57,364 bases of DNA, from IMG/VR virus record IMGVR_UViG_3300025382_000007, positions 1 to 57,364 of that record. The stretch is one strand, 5' to 3'. The DNA comes from a virus (lineage: Duplodnaviria > Caudoviricetes). Numbering within the stretch: the stretch's first letter is position 1; every line of letters begins with the position of its first letter. The position numbers and the translations under genes were made by a program. Positions 38,689-47,807 of this stretch are shown piece after piece. The notes below the pieces were generated by a model. The model was not told the origin of the DNA, searched no databases, and saw nothing but the letters and a program-made list of their open reading frames with translations.

Positions 38689-39426
38689 TTAACCCTTCTG
38701 AGGAACTTTAGATAGTTTTAATATATTTCTACACGAACCTATTTCACCTTCAACAAAAGTATCAAAAGCAACACTTTGTCTTTTTACATTAGTTTCATTT
38801 GGTGGAACTTTATGTTTTAAATATGATGGAAATAATAATAATTTTCCATTTTTTGGTTCAAAATATTCTACATTTGATGTATATTTTGAAGGATGTGATG
38901 GATTTAAATATATTAATGTACTATCATTCATTTTAGTAATAGTAAAAGGTGAAGCATTTTCTGGATTATCAAAGAAAAATACTCCAGATATGATCGAATT
39001 TACATGATTATGTTCTGGATGAGAGACACCTGGTAATAATCCTGTGCACCAAGACATAGTAATATATAATCTAAATCGATTATTTTTTTCTCCAATAACG
39101 TTTTTTGTATAAAAATCTATATGATCTTGTAAATGTTTTTTTAATTCAGAAAATTCTGGATATTCTAAAATATATCTTTCTTTAAATTCTACAAATTCTG
39201 TATGTTCTGAAATAAACTGTTCTTCAGAACCTTTATAATCTTTATTCTCTAATATATATCTATCATAATAATTTTTATTATAATATTCCATAGTTTTATC
39301 AAGTGTATTTTCATCAATTTTTTTTCTAAGATTAGGTAAAGCATTTAATAAAATATCTTCATCTAAATCTGATTCATAAACCGGAGAAGGAAAAATAGGA
39401 ATTATTCTATACTTTGACATAATCAA
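38689..39426 (-). CDS. 2OG-Fe(II) oxygenase (HxH type, TIGR02466-like)
   Basis: IFPSPV, SW, HNH.NS.ISGV, LLLFPSYLKH.V, R.S.AF. Confidence 0.85.
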   Translation of the reverse strand: MIMSKYRIIPIFPSPVYESDLDEDILLNALPNLRKKIDENTLDKTMEYYNKNYYDRYILENKDYKGSEEQFISEHTEFVEFKERYILEYPEFSELKKHLQDHIDFYTKNVIGEKNNRFRLYITMSWCTGLLPGVSHPEHNHVNSIISGVFFFDNPENASPFTITKMNDSTLIYLNPSHPSKYTSNVEYFEPKNGKLLLFPSYLKHKVPPNETNVKRQSVAFDTFVEGEIGSCRNILKLSKVPQKG

Positions 39427-40219
39427 TGATCGCTTTTCTTGTTAAATGACTATTATTTTCCCACATAGAAAAATGAGTACTATTTGGTATTACTTTTTCT
39501 ATATAGTTTGGAAATAAGTTTTTAAATAAACTATAACCACCGGTGGTGATTTCATAATCATATTCACCAATAATACTTAGTATCTCTCTATTTCTGGAAG
39601 GTTTAAAGCCAAAATTATTATGATATGTTGTATAGTTATTAATATCAAATACAACTTGTCCTGGCGCCGTCCATTCATGTCCTACTACATCTATTATAGA
39701 TTTTTCCCATCCACATATTCTATTTGGTCTTGGTATTAATTTATCACTATATTTTTCAAGTCTTTCTTTTTTTAATATTTCTATATTTGATTTAAATATT
39801 AAATCATATTGAGTTAAAAAGTGTGGTTCAATACGAATACAAGGACTGTGTATAATAGTTTTGTTGAAATAACCATATTCACCAGCAATAAGAGCTGGTG
39901 CTGTAGATGAAGAAAAACCAAAAATTACTTTATTAGTATAATCTTCTAATTGATCTGTGATATAATTAATTTGATTAGCATATTCAATACGATCATAAGA
40001 AGCAAACTCTTGACTGTTACCAAATCCTTTAGGATCAAATAGAATAATATCTATACCTGCTTCAAGAAAATAATCAGCATGAGTTCTTCTATTTGGTAAT
40101 CTAAAATCCCAAAATGCTCTAGGAGTTAATGATTGGCCCGGTAAAAAGAATAATAATGAACTACCACCACACTTATAGTGTTTATAATAAGTTCCATTTA
40201 TATGTTTTTCAATATCCAT
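39407..40219 (-). CDS. Alpha/beta hydrolase
   Basis: LPG, D..GFG.S, GFSSS nucleophile elbow, GEYD, STHF. Confidence 0.8.
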   Translation of the reverse strand: MDIEKHINGTYYKHYKCGGSSLLFFLPGQSLTPRAFWDFRLPNRRTHADYFLEAGIDIILFDPKGFGNSQEFASYDRIEYANQINYITDQLEDYTNKVIFGFSSSTAPALIAGEYGYFNKTIIHSPCIRIEPHFLTQYDLIFKSNIEILKKERLEKYSDKLIPRPNRICGWEKSIIDVVGHEWTAPGQVVFDINNYTTYHNNFGFKPSRNREILSIIGEYDYEITTGGYSLFKNLFPNYIEKVIPNSTHFSMWENNSHLTRKAIIDYVKV

Positions 40220-41007
40220 TGTAATACTTCATTCTCTTCATATATTGTATCATTAAACTGTGTTACTTTGATAATCTTACCAGCTGTAGATGTTAGAAAC
40301 ATAGCATCTGCGCTTTCAATTATATATTTTGGAATGTTTATTCTATGGAAAGCATATTTATTTTTACATAGGTTTTCAACATTCATCATTGTTACGCCAT
40401 TTAAACAATTTTGTATAGGTGTATAGATATTATTACCAAGTATTATACCAATATTAAAACCAGGTCCTTCAGTAACATATCCTTTTTCATCTAATAATAT
40501 TGACGTATCATAGCCTAAATCTATAGCTTCCCATTGCGCTAAGTTTAAATCATTCCAAGCAAAATTTTTCATTGATTGATTAAATGATGTATTTCTTCTT
40601 TGTTTGGCAAGTAGAACTGTAGCTTCATTTGACTCATTAAATCCATAGTAAGGTTTGACATAAGCATAAAACCTATTGGTACAACTTTGTAAATCTCTAG
40701 GATTACCTGAACTAGGAATACCACGAGTAACACAAATCCATAATAATAGATCTTTTGTTGGTGATATATTAACCAGTTGATTTAATATTTCTATCAACTT
40801 TTCTTTATATGGTGGATTTAATCTCCAAGATTTACAACTATTTTCAAATCTATTTAGATGTAAATTTAAATCTTCTATATTACCATCTTTAACACTTAAT
40901 ACATCATATGTTGCATCAGAATGAATAAATCCAAAATCAAGAATTGAAATATTTAAATCTTCCAATTTACAGTATATTCCATTATTATACGCAGGATAAT
41001 TGAACAT
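40198..41007 (-). CDS. Fold-type IV PLP aminotransferase, (R)-amine transaminase-like
   Basis: DFGFIHSDATYDV, HLNRF, KNFAWNDL, TEGPGFN, TSTAG. Confidence 0.88.
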   Translation of the reverse strand: MFNYPAYNNGIYCKLEDLNISILDFGFIHSDATYDVLSVKDGNIEDLNLHLNRFENSCKSWRLNPPYKEKLIEILNQLVNISPTKDLLLWICVTRGIPSSGNPRDLQSCTNRFYAYVKPYYGFNESNEATVLLAKQRRNTSFNQSMKNFAWNDLNLAQWEAIDLGYDTSILLDEKGYVTEGPGFNIGIILGNNIYTPIQNCLNGVTMMNVENLCKNKYAFHRINIPKYIIESADAMFLTSTAGKIIKVTQFNDTIYEENEVLQWILKNI

Positions 41008-41016
41008 AATAACCCT

Positions 41017-41802
41017 TTACCAATAGAGATAATATTTGTTATCTTTCTTTACACAATGACCTTGTATTGTTATTCTATACTTATCTTGATTATATATAGA
41101 CTTTCCACTTCTATGAAGCATTCTATCCAATTGTAATACTAAATCACCAGGTTCATAATTAATAGTTTTATATTGACCTAAGTTACAATTGTTACATATT
41201 CCTTCAATTGCATGATCTTTGCAATGTGGAGGAGTATTATTTTGATTATATTTTGTTGATGTGTTTTCATAATAATCAAAAGTGAAATCACCTTTACTTA
41301 ACATAATTGTTATTGTTGAGTATTCATCAAAATAAGTTAAATCTATATAGTCTGGGAATTCTTTATTATATGGATAAAGTTTCTTCTCATCATCATAATG
41401 CCAACTTTTAGACAATGTTTCTGTTAATATTGGAAATCCTGGTTTTGAAAAATTATGCATATAAAAACAATTCATATCCAATTTTTCTTTAAACTTTTGT
41501 AACAATAAATCAAATACCCATTTATCTTCTATTGCCTCTATTTCTTTTTTTCTTTTATAATAGTTTTCATGTGCTTTATTAATAATATTTTGATCAACAT
41601 ATTTTACTTTACCAGCAGATGGAATAAAATTTGATGCTAATAAATTTCTATATAGACTATTACCTAAAATATAAGCGCCTTTATGTTCTTTTAAAGTTAA
41701 TGGCGTTGGATAATATGTCCAATGATCTTTTTTAAAGATAATTGATTCTACAATTTTTTGACATTCTTCTTTTGTGAAGAAATTATTAATAACTTTAATC
41801 AA
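41017..41802 (-). CDS. 2OG-Fe(II) oxygenase-like protein
   Basis: I.NFFT..EC, WHYD, Y..G......LHR, RIT.QGH. Confidence 0.75.
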   Translation of the reverse strand: MIKVINNFFTKEECQKIVESIIFKKDHWTYYPTPLTLKEHKGAYILGNSLYRNLLASNFIPSAGKVKYVDQNIINKAHENYYKRKKEIEAIEDKWVFDLLLQKFKEKLDMNCFYMHNFSKPGFPILTETLSKSWHYDDEKKLYPYNKEFPDYIDLTYFDEYSTITIMLSKGDFTFDYYENTSTKYNQNNTPPHCKDHAIEGICNNCNLGQYKTINYEPGDLVLQLDRMLHRSGKSIYNQDKYRITIQGHCVKKDNKYYLYW

Positions 41803-42046
41803 ATTTCACCTTTTTTAATAATGGATCATCTGGGTGTAAGTCTTTAAGATGTTTAATATACCAAACCATTTTCTCAATAACATAAAAACCAATTAATTGT
41901 GGTATAAAAGCATGAATAAGCATAAGAATAGACCATATTAATAAAAGAAAAGAAAGATGTATAGCCCAAAAGAAATGAGTAAAATATATTGGGCCAGATA
42001 TTCTGGAATATTTCTTTGCTTTTTCTAAATGATTTAAGTCAAACAT
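41795..42046 (-). CDS. Small membrane protein (DUF6356-like)
   Basis: HL...Y..HF..A.....LIHAFIP pattern with a hydrophobic core. Confidence 0.6.
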   Translation of the reverse strand: MFDLNHLEKAKKYSRISGPIYFTHFFWAIHLSFLLLIWSILMLIHAFIPQLIGFYVIEKMVWYIKHLKDLHPDDPLLKKVKFD

Positions 42047-42648
42047 AGGAATGTTACAAATCCGTATCTAGCATTAAGTATATCAACTTTAAAACCAATA
42101 TCAGTTAAAACTTTTAAATACCATTCAGTAGTTTTAGTATATATAACATTCTCTAACATCTTTTCTTTTTCAAATATATATTCATATGATACACCCTTTT
42201 TATGTTTAAATTGATAATATAAATTCTTAGTTGGTTCCATTTGTGTTGTTTTATCAGTTAATATTAAAGTACCATTAGTATTTAATTGATCATAAATAGA
42301 CTTTAAATAACTTTCTTTTTCTTTGATAAAATGTAAAGTCCAGTTCATTAAAACCAGATCGCATTTCATATTTGGAAATACATTGGTATAGAATACATTT
42401 GCAGGATATAAAGACTTATCCAACATATCTTTACTAGACTCAACTCCATATACTTGGTCATATCCTGCTTGGATAAAAGTATTCATAGTATAACCTAAAG
42501 CACTACCAACATCTATAATTGTTATATCTTTTTTATACATTTCATTAGCGTAATTTAAACATATACTAACTACTCTTGCATAATCTGGTATATTTGTTTC
42601 AGCTTCATGTTGGAATCTTTCAGCTATTAATTGATTAAATTGCCACAT
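42034..42648 (-). CDS. CmoA-like SAM-dependent protein
   Basis: WQF..A..F....IP.Y, DVGSALG, NWTLHF, FK...G.S...I..K..MLENV align with CmoA as recalled. Confidence 0.75.
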   Translation of the reverse strand: MWQFNQLIAERFQHEAETNIPDYARVVSICLNYANEMYKKDITIIDVGSALGYTMNTFIQAGYDQVYGVESSKDMLDKSLYPANVFYTNVFPNMKCDLVLMNWTLHFIKEKESYLKSIYDQLNTNGTLILTDKTTQMEPTKNLYYQFKHKKGVSYEYIFEKEKMLENVIYTKTTEWYLKVLTDIGFKVDILNARYGFVTFLCLT

Positions 42649-43352
42649 ATAGATTCCTCAAGTGTTATTATTTTTTCATTTGTTTTAATATATCTGCAAA
42701 TAAATCGATTATTAATACTAGATGTGTTATAAGCATCATGGCTTTCTATAATCTTTTCTGGATATATTCTTTCATCAACTTTAAACCCATAAATGGACAT
42801 AATTAAATCTATAGCATGTTTATTTGGTAATGTTTCTATTCCAAAATGATCTAAATAATTTTCTCCACCATTATTTTTAACCATTCTACCTTGGTGAAAA
42901 GAAATTTGTGGATTATTACCAAAGTTTGGATCGTGTGTTTCTATAATAACATATTCATTTGACAATTCACATATATTTTTTAATATACCAAATAAATCAA
43001 AAGTTCCATGAATATATCCACACGCTAAAACAATATCATGTTTTTCTGATATATCTTTTATTGTTTCAAATAATTGAAAGTTTGTATGATATTTTGCTAA
43101 TAGTTTTTTTGATTTATCTCTATAAGATTTTTGAATCTCAACACCAGTGTAAAACTTACTATTACCATATAGAGCATAATGACCCATAGCACCAAGAGCT
43201 GAACCTAAATCCAATACTGTTTTTTCTTGTATAAATGTAAAAGGTATGATTGCAGAACATCTTTTTGATAAAGATTCTATAGTAATTTTTAATCTATCTC
43301 TATTTTTTCTAGGATCTAATTCTATAAATTCTGGATAATCATTGAAGAACAT
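42627..43352 (-). CDS. Class I SAM-dependent methyltransferase (CmoB-like)
   Basis: KTVLDLGSALG, GVE, IIET motifs; adjacent to the CmoA-like gene. Confidence 0.7.
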   Translation of the reverse strand: MFFNDYPEFIELDPRKNRDRLKITIESLSKRCSAIIPFTFIQEKTVLDLGSALGAMGHYALYGNSKFYTGVEIQKSYRDKSKKLLAKYHTNFQLFETIKDISEKHDIVLACGYIHGTFDLFGILKNICELSNEYVIIETHDPNFGNNPQISFHQGRMVKNNGGENYLDHFGIETLPNKHAIDLIMSIYGFKVDERIYPEKIIESHDAYNTSSINNRFICRYIKTNEKIITLEESICGNLIN

Positions 43353-44011
43353 TAGACCCTCTGTACAAAAAAATATTGATTAAGACGTTTATTCATTTTT
43401 TTAGTCATAGGATCACCATGTAAAGTTTTTCCTTTCCATGATGCCATTCTATTATATACATTTTTTATTTCACATGTTAATTCAAAATTATTATGATAAT
43501 TAGTATGTATTTTTGTATATTCTTCTAAATTAATCTTTCCTGCGTAATATTCTTCTTTTGGTTTAGTATAAAAATTAACTGTTTTGTCTAATAATTCTTT
43601 TTCAGACCAGTTAACTTCTGGTTTCAATGAACATATTTTAATTCCTGCATTTGGATCAGGATTTGGTGTTAGAAATATTTGACCACATAATACTAACTTA
43701 TATTCTTCCATAGACATTAAACAAGTATCTGGATTCTTACCATCAATATGCACCCATCTTTCATTGAATATTTCTATTGGATCATATTCATGTTCCATGA
43801 AAAAAGTAGATAAACATAGTCCAAATGGATTTAAACCATGAGTTCTATAAATCTTTTGACAGAATTGATTATGTAATGATCTATCAATTTGTTGTAAATC
43901 TATACTTCTACGGCCACTACCACAACCTACAATAGGATAATCACCATTTATTTTATCTATGATTATCTCAGGGTTTTCATAAAAATTATCTATAATTGAT
44001 ATATCATTCAT
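43352..44011 (-). CDS. 2OG-Fe(II) oxygenase-like protein (DUF6445-like)
   Basis: IIDNFYENP, G.RS, VHID, N.YNR, LHG, RLNQ.FF. Confidence 0.75.
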   Translation of the reverse strand: MNDISIIDNFYENPEIIIDKINGDYPIVGCGSGRRSIDLQQIDRSLHNQFCQKIYRTHGLNPFGLCLSTFFMEHEYDPIEIFNERWVHIDGKNPDTCLMSMEEYKLVLCGQIFLTPNPDPNAGIKICSLKPEVNWSEKELLDKTVNFYTKPKEEYYAGKINLEEYTKIHTNYHNNFELTCEIKNVYNRMASWKGKTLHGDPMTKKMNKRLNQYFFVQRV

Positions 44012-44012
44012 T

Positions 44013-44675
44013 TTATTGTCTTGGATATATATAAAAATTATGAGTTAATTTAATAACTTGTTTTTTAGATATCATTTTTTGACCTCTTATTGATCCAGAA
44101 TTCCAAGATATCATTCTATTTTTTTTATTAGGTATTGAAATATCTAATTTAAACTTGTTATGAAATATATTAAATTTTTGTTTAAACTTATCTAATGTTA
44201 GTTGACCATTTTCATATTGATCTCTTGTAACAATATAATCATATAAAAGAAGTTTAAATAATTCATTTTTATCTATATCATATGATGGCATCCAAAAATC
44301 TGTATTTAGATTATCTACAATATCACATAGTATTATCATTCCGCCTAAAGTAATCTTTTGATGATAATTTTCCGGTGTCATTGATGTATCACCGTATCTT
44401 ATATCACCATCTATATGTGGCCAGTTATAATTTAGAATGTCTTCATCAAATGCTGTTATTTGATTAAAGTATGTTGTAAGTCCATATTTTCCATTATCTA
44501 CTATATTATGTAAATCAAATATTTTTTTACGAAAAGCTTTATAGAATGACATATCTATAATATCAATATGATGACTTCTCATTCCAGGACATGGAGAAGG
44601 TTGATCACAAATGGCCATGTTAATTATGGATTGCACATCATCATAAAAGTCATCAATAATATATATTTTATTCAT
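44013..44675 (-). CDS. 2OG-Fe(II) oxygenase-like paralog lacking the distal His
   Basis: IIDDFY, PG.RS, PHID, N..NR; IRG where the paralog has LHG. Confidence 0.65.
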   Translation of the reverse strand: MNKIYIIDDFYDDVQSIINMAICDQPSPCPGMRSHHIDIIDMSFYKAFRKKIFDLHNIVDNGKYGLTTYFNQITAFDEDILNYNWPHIDGDIRYGDTSMTPENYHQKITLGGMIILCDIVDNLNTDFWMPSYDIDKNELFKLLLYDYIVTRDQYENGQLTLDKFKQKFNIFHNKFKLDISIPNKKNRMISWNSGSIRGQKMISKKQVIKLTHNFYIYPRQ

Positions 44676-45265
44676 AGATAATTAAAGTTAATGATGCATC
44701 GTAAATCAGTCTTAGGTTTTCCAACTGAATGATATATATCACCATCAAATATAATTGCTCTACCTTTTTTTGGTGAAACAGTATGTGCTATATCTAATTT
44801 ACCATCTATTATATCTTGTGGTGTAGCATTATTTAATGTTTGTTTAAACAAAACAGTATCTCCATCTACGTCATTAACATAATATACCACTACATAATAT
44901 TTTTCTTTTCTTCTACCATCAACATGAGGTATACCATAAACTTTATCTTTTTCTGTTAAAAGTGGTAATTGCAATTGTATTCTTGCATTTAATACTGCAT
45001 TAATTTTAATATTAATTTTATTTTGAATACCATCTAATATTTTAGAATAAAGAAAATAATCATCACTTGGTTCCATTGTATCTAAATTTATTAATTCTTT
45101 TGTAAATGACATTAGAGATTTTCTTTGTACATCTGTAACTTCAGCATGTGTATCATAGAAAACAGAACGTGCAAATGTCCATTTAGTATCTTTACCAAAT
45201 ATTGTTTTTTCAATTTCATCTTGTAATTCTTTATTAATCACATCATCAATAATAACTAAACTCAT
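44672..45265 (-). CDS. 2OG-Fe(II) oxygenase (paralog of 4459-5040)
   Basis: PHVD, YYVND.DGDT, SPKKGR, YHS, RCIINF. Confidence 0.85.
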   Translation of the reverse strand: MSLVIIDDVINKELQDEIEKTIFGKDTKWTFARSVFYDTHAEVTDVQRKSLMSFTKELINLDTMEPSDDYFLYSKILDGIQNKINIKINAVLNARIQLQLPLLTEKDKVYGIPHVDGRRKEKYYVVVYYVNDVDGDTVLFKQTLNNATPQDIIDGKLDIAHTVSPKKGRAIIFDGDIYHSVGKPKTDLRCIINFNYL

Positions 45266-45993
45266 TAAAGAACTTTCTTTAATCTAAATACAACAGCATA
45301 TCGAATTTCTGGACTCCAAGCAGCAACAGGTTTTGTTGTATGAAGAGTTCGTCCATCATATAATATAATTCTACCAGGTTTTGGACTAACTGTTAAAAAT
45401 GGATTACCGACACCAAAACCTCGGCACTGACCATATCCTTTTTGGTATTGCTGTTTATCTTCTGAATCTTCATCATCTTCATAGAAAATATTTTCACCAA
45501 ACCAAGTAGGATACCATTCTGGATTTGCTATGTATAATAAAGTATAATTTCTTGTTTCTTTTAGATTAATAGTATCTCTATGAATTCCATGAGATCTTTT
45601 GATAGTTTCTTCTGGTTGTGCATTTACATATACTCTAGCATAGTTAAAGTTATTATCAGCTATACCTTCTGGATCTCCACCTATAATAAAACTATCATTA
45701 AAATGTTTATTGATATGTTCCCAAAGATTTAAGATTATTGGATGATTATTTAAATCGCTTTGACCTTTAGAGAAAACACATCGATGCATATATTGATTAT
45801 TTACTGAAGGGATCGATTGATCTAAATATTCTTTTTTGTTTTCTTTTGGAACATAATTTATAACAGTTCCTACATCTGGATAAGAAACATCTTTTCTAGT
45901 CGCATGAAAAGACTGAGAAAGTATATATTCCCATACATCTTTTTGTAAATGTTGATCTATAACATTATCAACAACATCGACATCATATATCAT
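45265..45993 (-). CDS. 2OG-Fe(II) oxygenase (prolyl-hydroxylase-like)
   Basis: IHRD, LYIANP.W...W.GE, PKPGR, LH, R. Confidence 0.85.
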   Translation of the reverse strand: MIYDVDVVDNVIDQHLQKDVWEYILSQSFHATRKDVSYPDVGTVINYVPKENKKEYLDQSIPSVNNQYMHRCVFSKGQSDLNNHPIILNLWEHINKHFNDSFIIGGDPEGIADNNFNYARVYVNAQPEETIKRSHGIHRDTINLKETRNYTLLYIANPEWYPTWFGENIFYEDDEDSEDKQQYQKGYGQCRGFGVGNPFLTVSPKPGRIILYDGRTLHTTKPVAAWSPEIRYAVVFRLKKVL

Positions 45994-46007
45994 AATATAA
46001 CCTTATA

Positions 46008-46955
46008 CTAAGCTCCTATTAGAGCATTCACTAATCCTGGAGTAAAATAATCTTTATACATACGATAAACGTGTGAAGTTACTTGTTTAAACTTTTCTTT
46101 TTCTTCTTCTCTCATATGAATTACTTCAACATTATTTTCTTCACATTGTTTTAGAATGTTTGGAATATCTTCAACAGAAAGTTTACGTTCTTTTTTAGCA
46201 GCATTATAAGCTGCTTGAGCAAAAATACCACGCATATCTCTATCATGTGATTTAAAGAAATCTTTATTCATAATAATTGAAGTCAGAAATAAGCTATGTT
46301 CAGTATCATTAACATACTTAAATGATTTATACTGATTAAGTGGAAACACACGAACATATGTTGATTCACCAGCTTCAATCTCGCCACGGTCAGCATATTC
46401 ATTCATTGTCTCTAATGGAATATGTTCTTTTGGTTTAGCACCTAATAATTTAAATACATCAACAGCAATAGGTGACCGAGAGGTACGAACAGTACGTCCA
46501 TGCCATGAATCAATAGTATTTGCTCTAAAATTAGCAGGAACAATACGATAACCACCAGAATAAGTATATGACATTGGTTGAATGTTTGATTTAGTTGCAA
46601 CACCACTTAAAAGGGCGCATCCAATACCACCTTCAAGAACACGATCGGCATGAGCATGATCGCGGAATAAGAATGGAAGGTCAAGAGCATGAAGATTGCG
46701 ATTATAGTCGGCTAACCAAGTGGTATAGATATGTGACATTTCAATGGTACCATTATTAATAAGGTCCATTAAGTCATATTTAGTAATTGTTTTTCCACCA
46801 TGATATTTTTTAGAAAAATCAGTCAATGAAAGAACTTCAATTTCAAACATGTTATTAGTTTTTTCATTAACTTCATTAGCAAAGTTCTGAGCCACCGCTA
46901 CGAAATAATCGATCGGTTCGTGAGCGATTACCCATTTAACGTGTCTTTTTTCCAT
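46008..46955 (-). CDS. TRAP transporter substrate-binding protein (DctP-like), no signal peptide
   Basis: LDLPFLFRD..HA..VL.G.IG, GYR, G..VR, F..LGA, T.H; N-terminus starts at the mature domain. Confidence 0.85.
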   Translation of the reverse strand: MEKRHVKWVIAHEPIDYFVAVAQNFANEVNEKTNNMFEIEVLSLTDFSKKYHGGKTITKYDLMDLINNGTIEMSHIYTTWLADYNRNLHALDLPFLFRDHAHADRVLEGGIGCALLSGVATKSNIQPMSYTYSGGYRIVPANFRANTIDSWHGRTVRTSRSPIAVDVFKLLGAKPKEHIPLETMNEYADRGEIEAGESTYVRVFPLNQYKSFKYVNDTEHSLFLTSIIMNKDFFKSHDRDMRGIFAQAAYNAAKKERKLSVEDIPNILKQCEENNVEVIHMREEEKEKFKQVTSHVYRMYKDYFTPGLVNALIGA

Positions 46956-46984
46956 AGTTTTTTTCCTTTTGACTATATAGTGAT

Positions 46985-46992
46985 TATTTATA
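46985..46992 (-). promoter_or_regulatory. Late promoter upstream of the DctP-like/oxygenase operon
   Basis: TATAAATA in the intergenic gap. Confidence 0.75.
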
Positions 46993-46996
46993 TAGT

Positions 46997-47707
46997 TTAT
47001 TTTCCCATCATTTGTTCTTTTTTGGTAACACCATTAGCGCCAAAGGCATTAAGTTCTTCTTCATTTTCTTTTAAAGTTTGAAGAAAGTCATCATAGCTTC
47101 TATGTATGGCTGATACGATACAAACTCTATCACCATAATCTGTTGTCTTCATATTTCCAGGTTCAACAAAATGTAGAAGATAACCAGGATGGATGACCAT
47201 TATTCCTTCTTCAACTGGTATTCTTTTATATGGACTAAACTGATTAACCCAATTAACACCACCTCTTGGATCCATTATTACCAGATTTCCAGATTCATTC
47301 TTTTTAGCATTTACATAATATACGCCAACACCATATGTCGTACAATGTTTATGCGGTGAAATTTTATATTCAAAATTTGGTTTTGTTATTCTAAAATAAC
47401 CTTTACCAGCTCTAATCTTAGGTAATGGTTGTTCTGAATGTGGCCTAAAATATTTATCAGTAAGCTCTACTATTTTTTCTTTTACTTCTAACATAGTATC
47501 TGGTAGTGTTATTCCTTTAGAAGTCCATTCTTCTGATAAATTCCATAGGTCATTATGATTATACATACCAGGACCATTCATAATCGGAATAATATCTTTT
47601 TTAAGTTGTTCTAAGAATGTATTTGAAAATGGTCTTGCTATAATTACTGGTGTTGACCATAGTTCATGACAGATTTCATTTCCTTCTAGTTCAAGATATG
47701 TTGACAT
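46997..47707 (-). CDS. 2OG-Fe(II) oxygenase (HxH type)
   Basis: LWSTPV, HKH, GVYYV, DPR, PGYLLHFV.P, R. Confidence 0.82.
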   Translation of the reverse strand: MSTYLELEGNEICHELWSTPVIIARPFSNTFLEQLKKDIIPIMNGPGMYNHNDLWNLSEEWTSKGITLPDTMLEVKEKIVELTDKYFRPHSEQPLPKIRAGKGYFRITKPNFEYKISPHKHCTTYGVGVYYVNAKKNESGNLVIMDPRGGVNWVNQFSPYKRIPVEEGIMVIHPGYLLHFVEPGNMKTTDYGDRVCIVSAIHRSYDDFLQTLKENEEELNAFGANGVTKKEQMMGK

Positions 47708-47714
47708 TTTATCT

Positions 47715-47804
47715 TCACATTTTTTCTATAATAGCCATTTTTTGACCTCGTGGGTGATTCCAATTTTCTATTGATACTAATTTCCATGGCATTCCTACTA
47801 ACAT
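47715..47804 (-). pseudogene. 29-codon ORF, possible C-terminal remnant of a methyltransferase
   Basis: MLVGMPWKLVSIENWNHPRGQKMAIIEKM; WNHPRxQKM resembles the ends of class I MTases as recalled. Confidence 0.35.
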
Positions 47805-47807
47805 ATT

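Noticed and set aside
38689-39426. Short internal repeat (RYILE twice) in an oxygenase
   Set aside because: Probably a small local duplication, with no evidence of functional significance.
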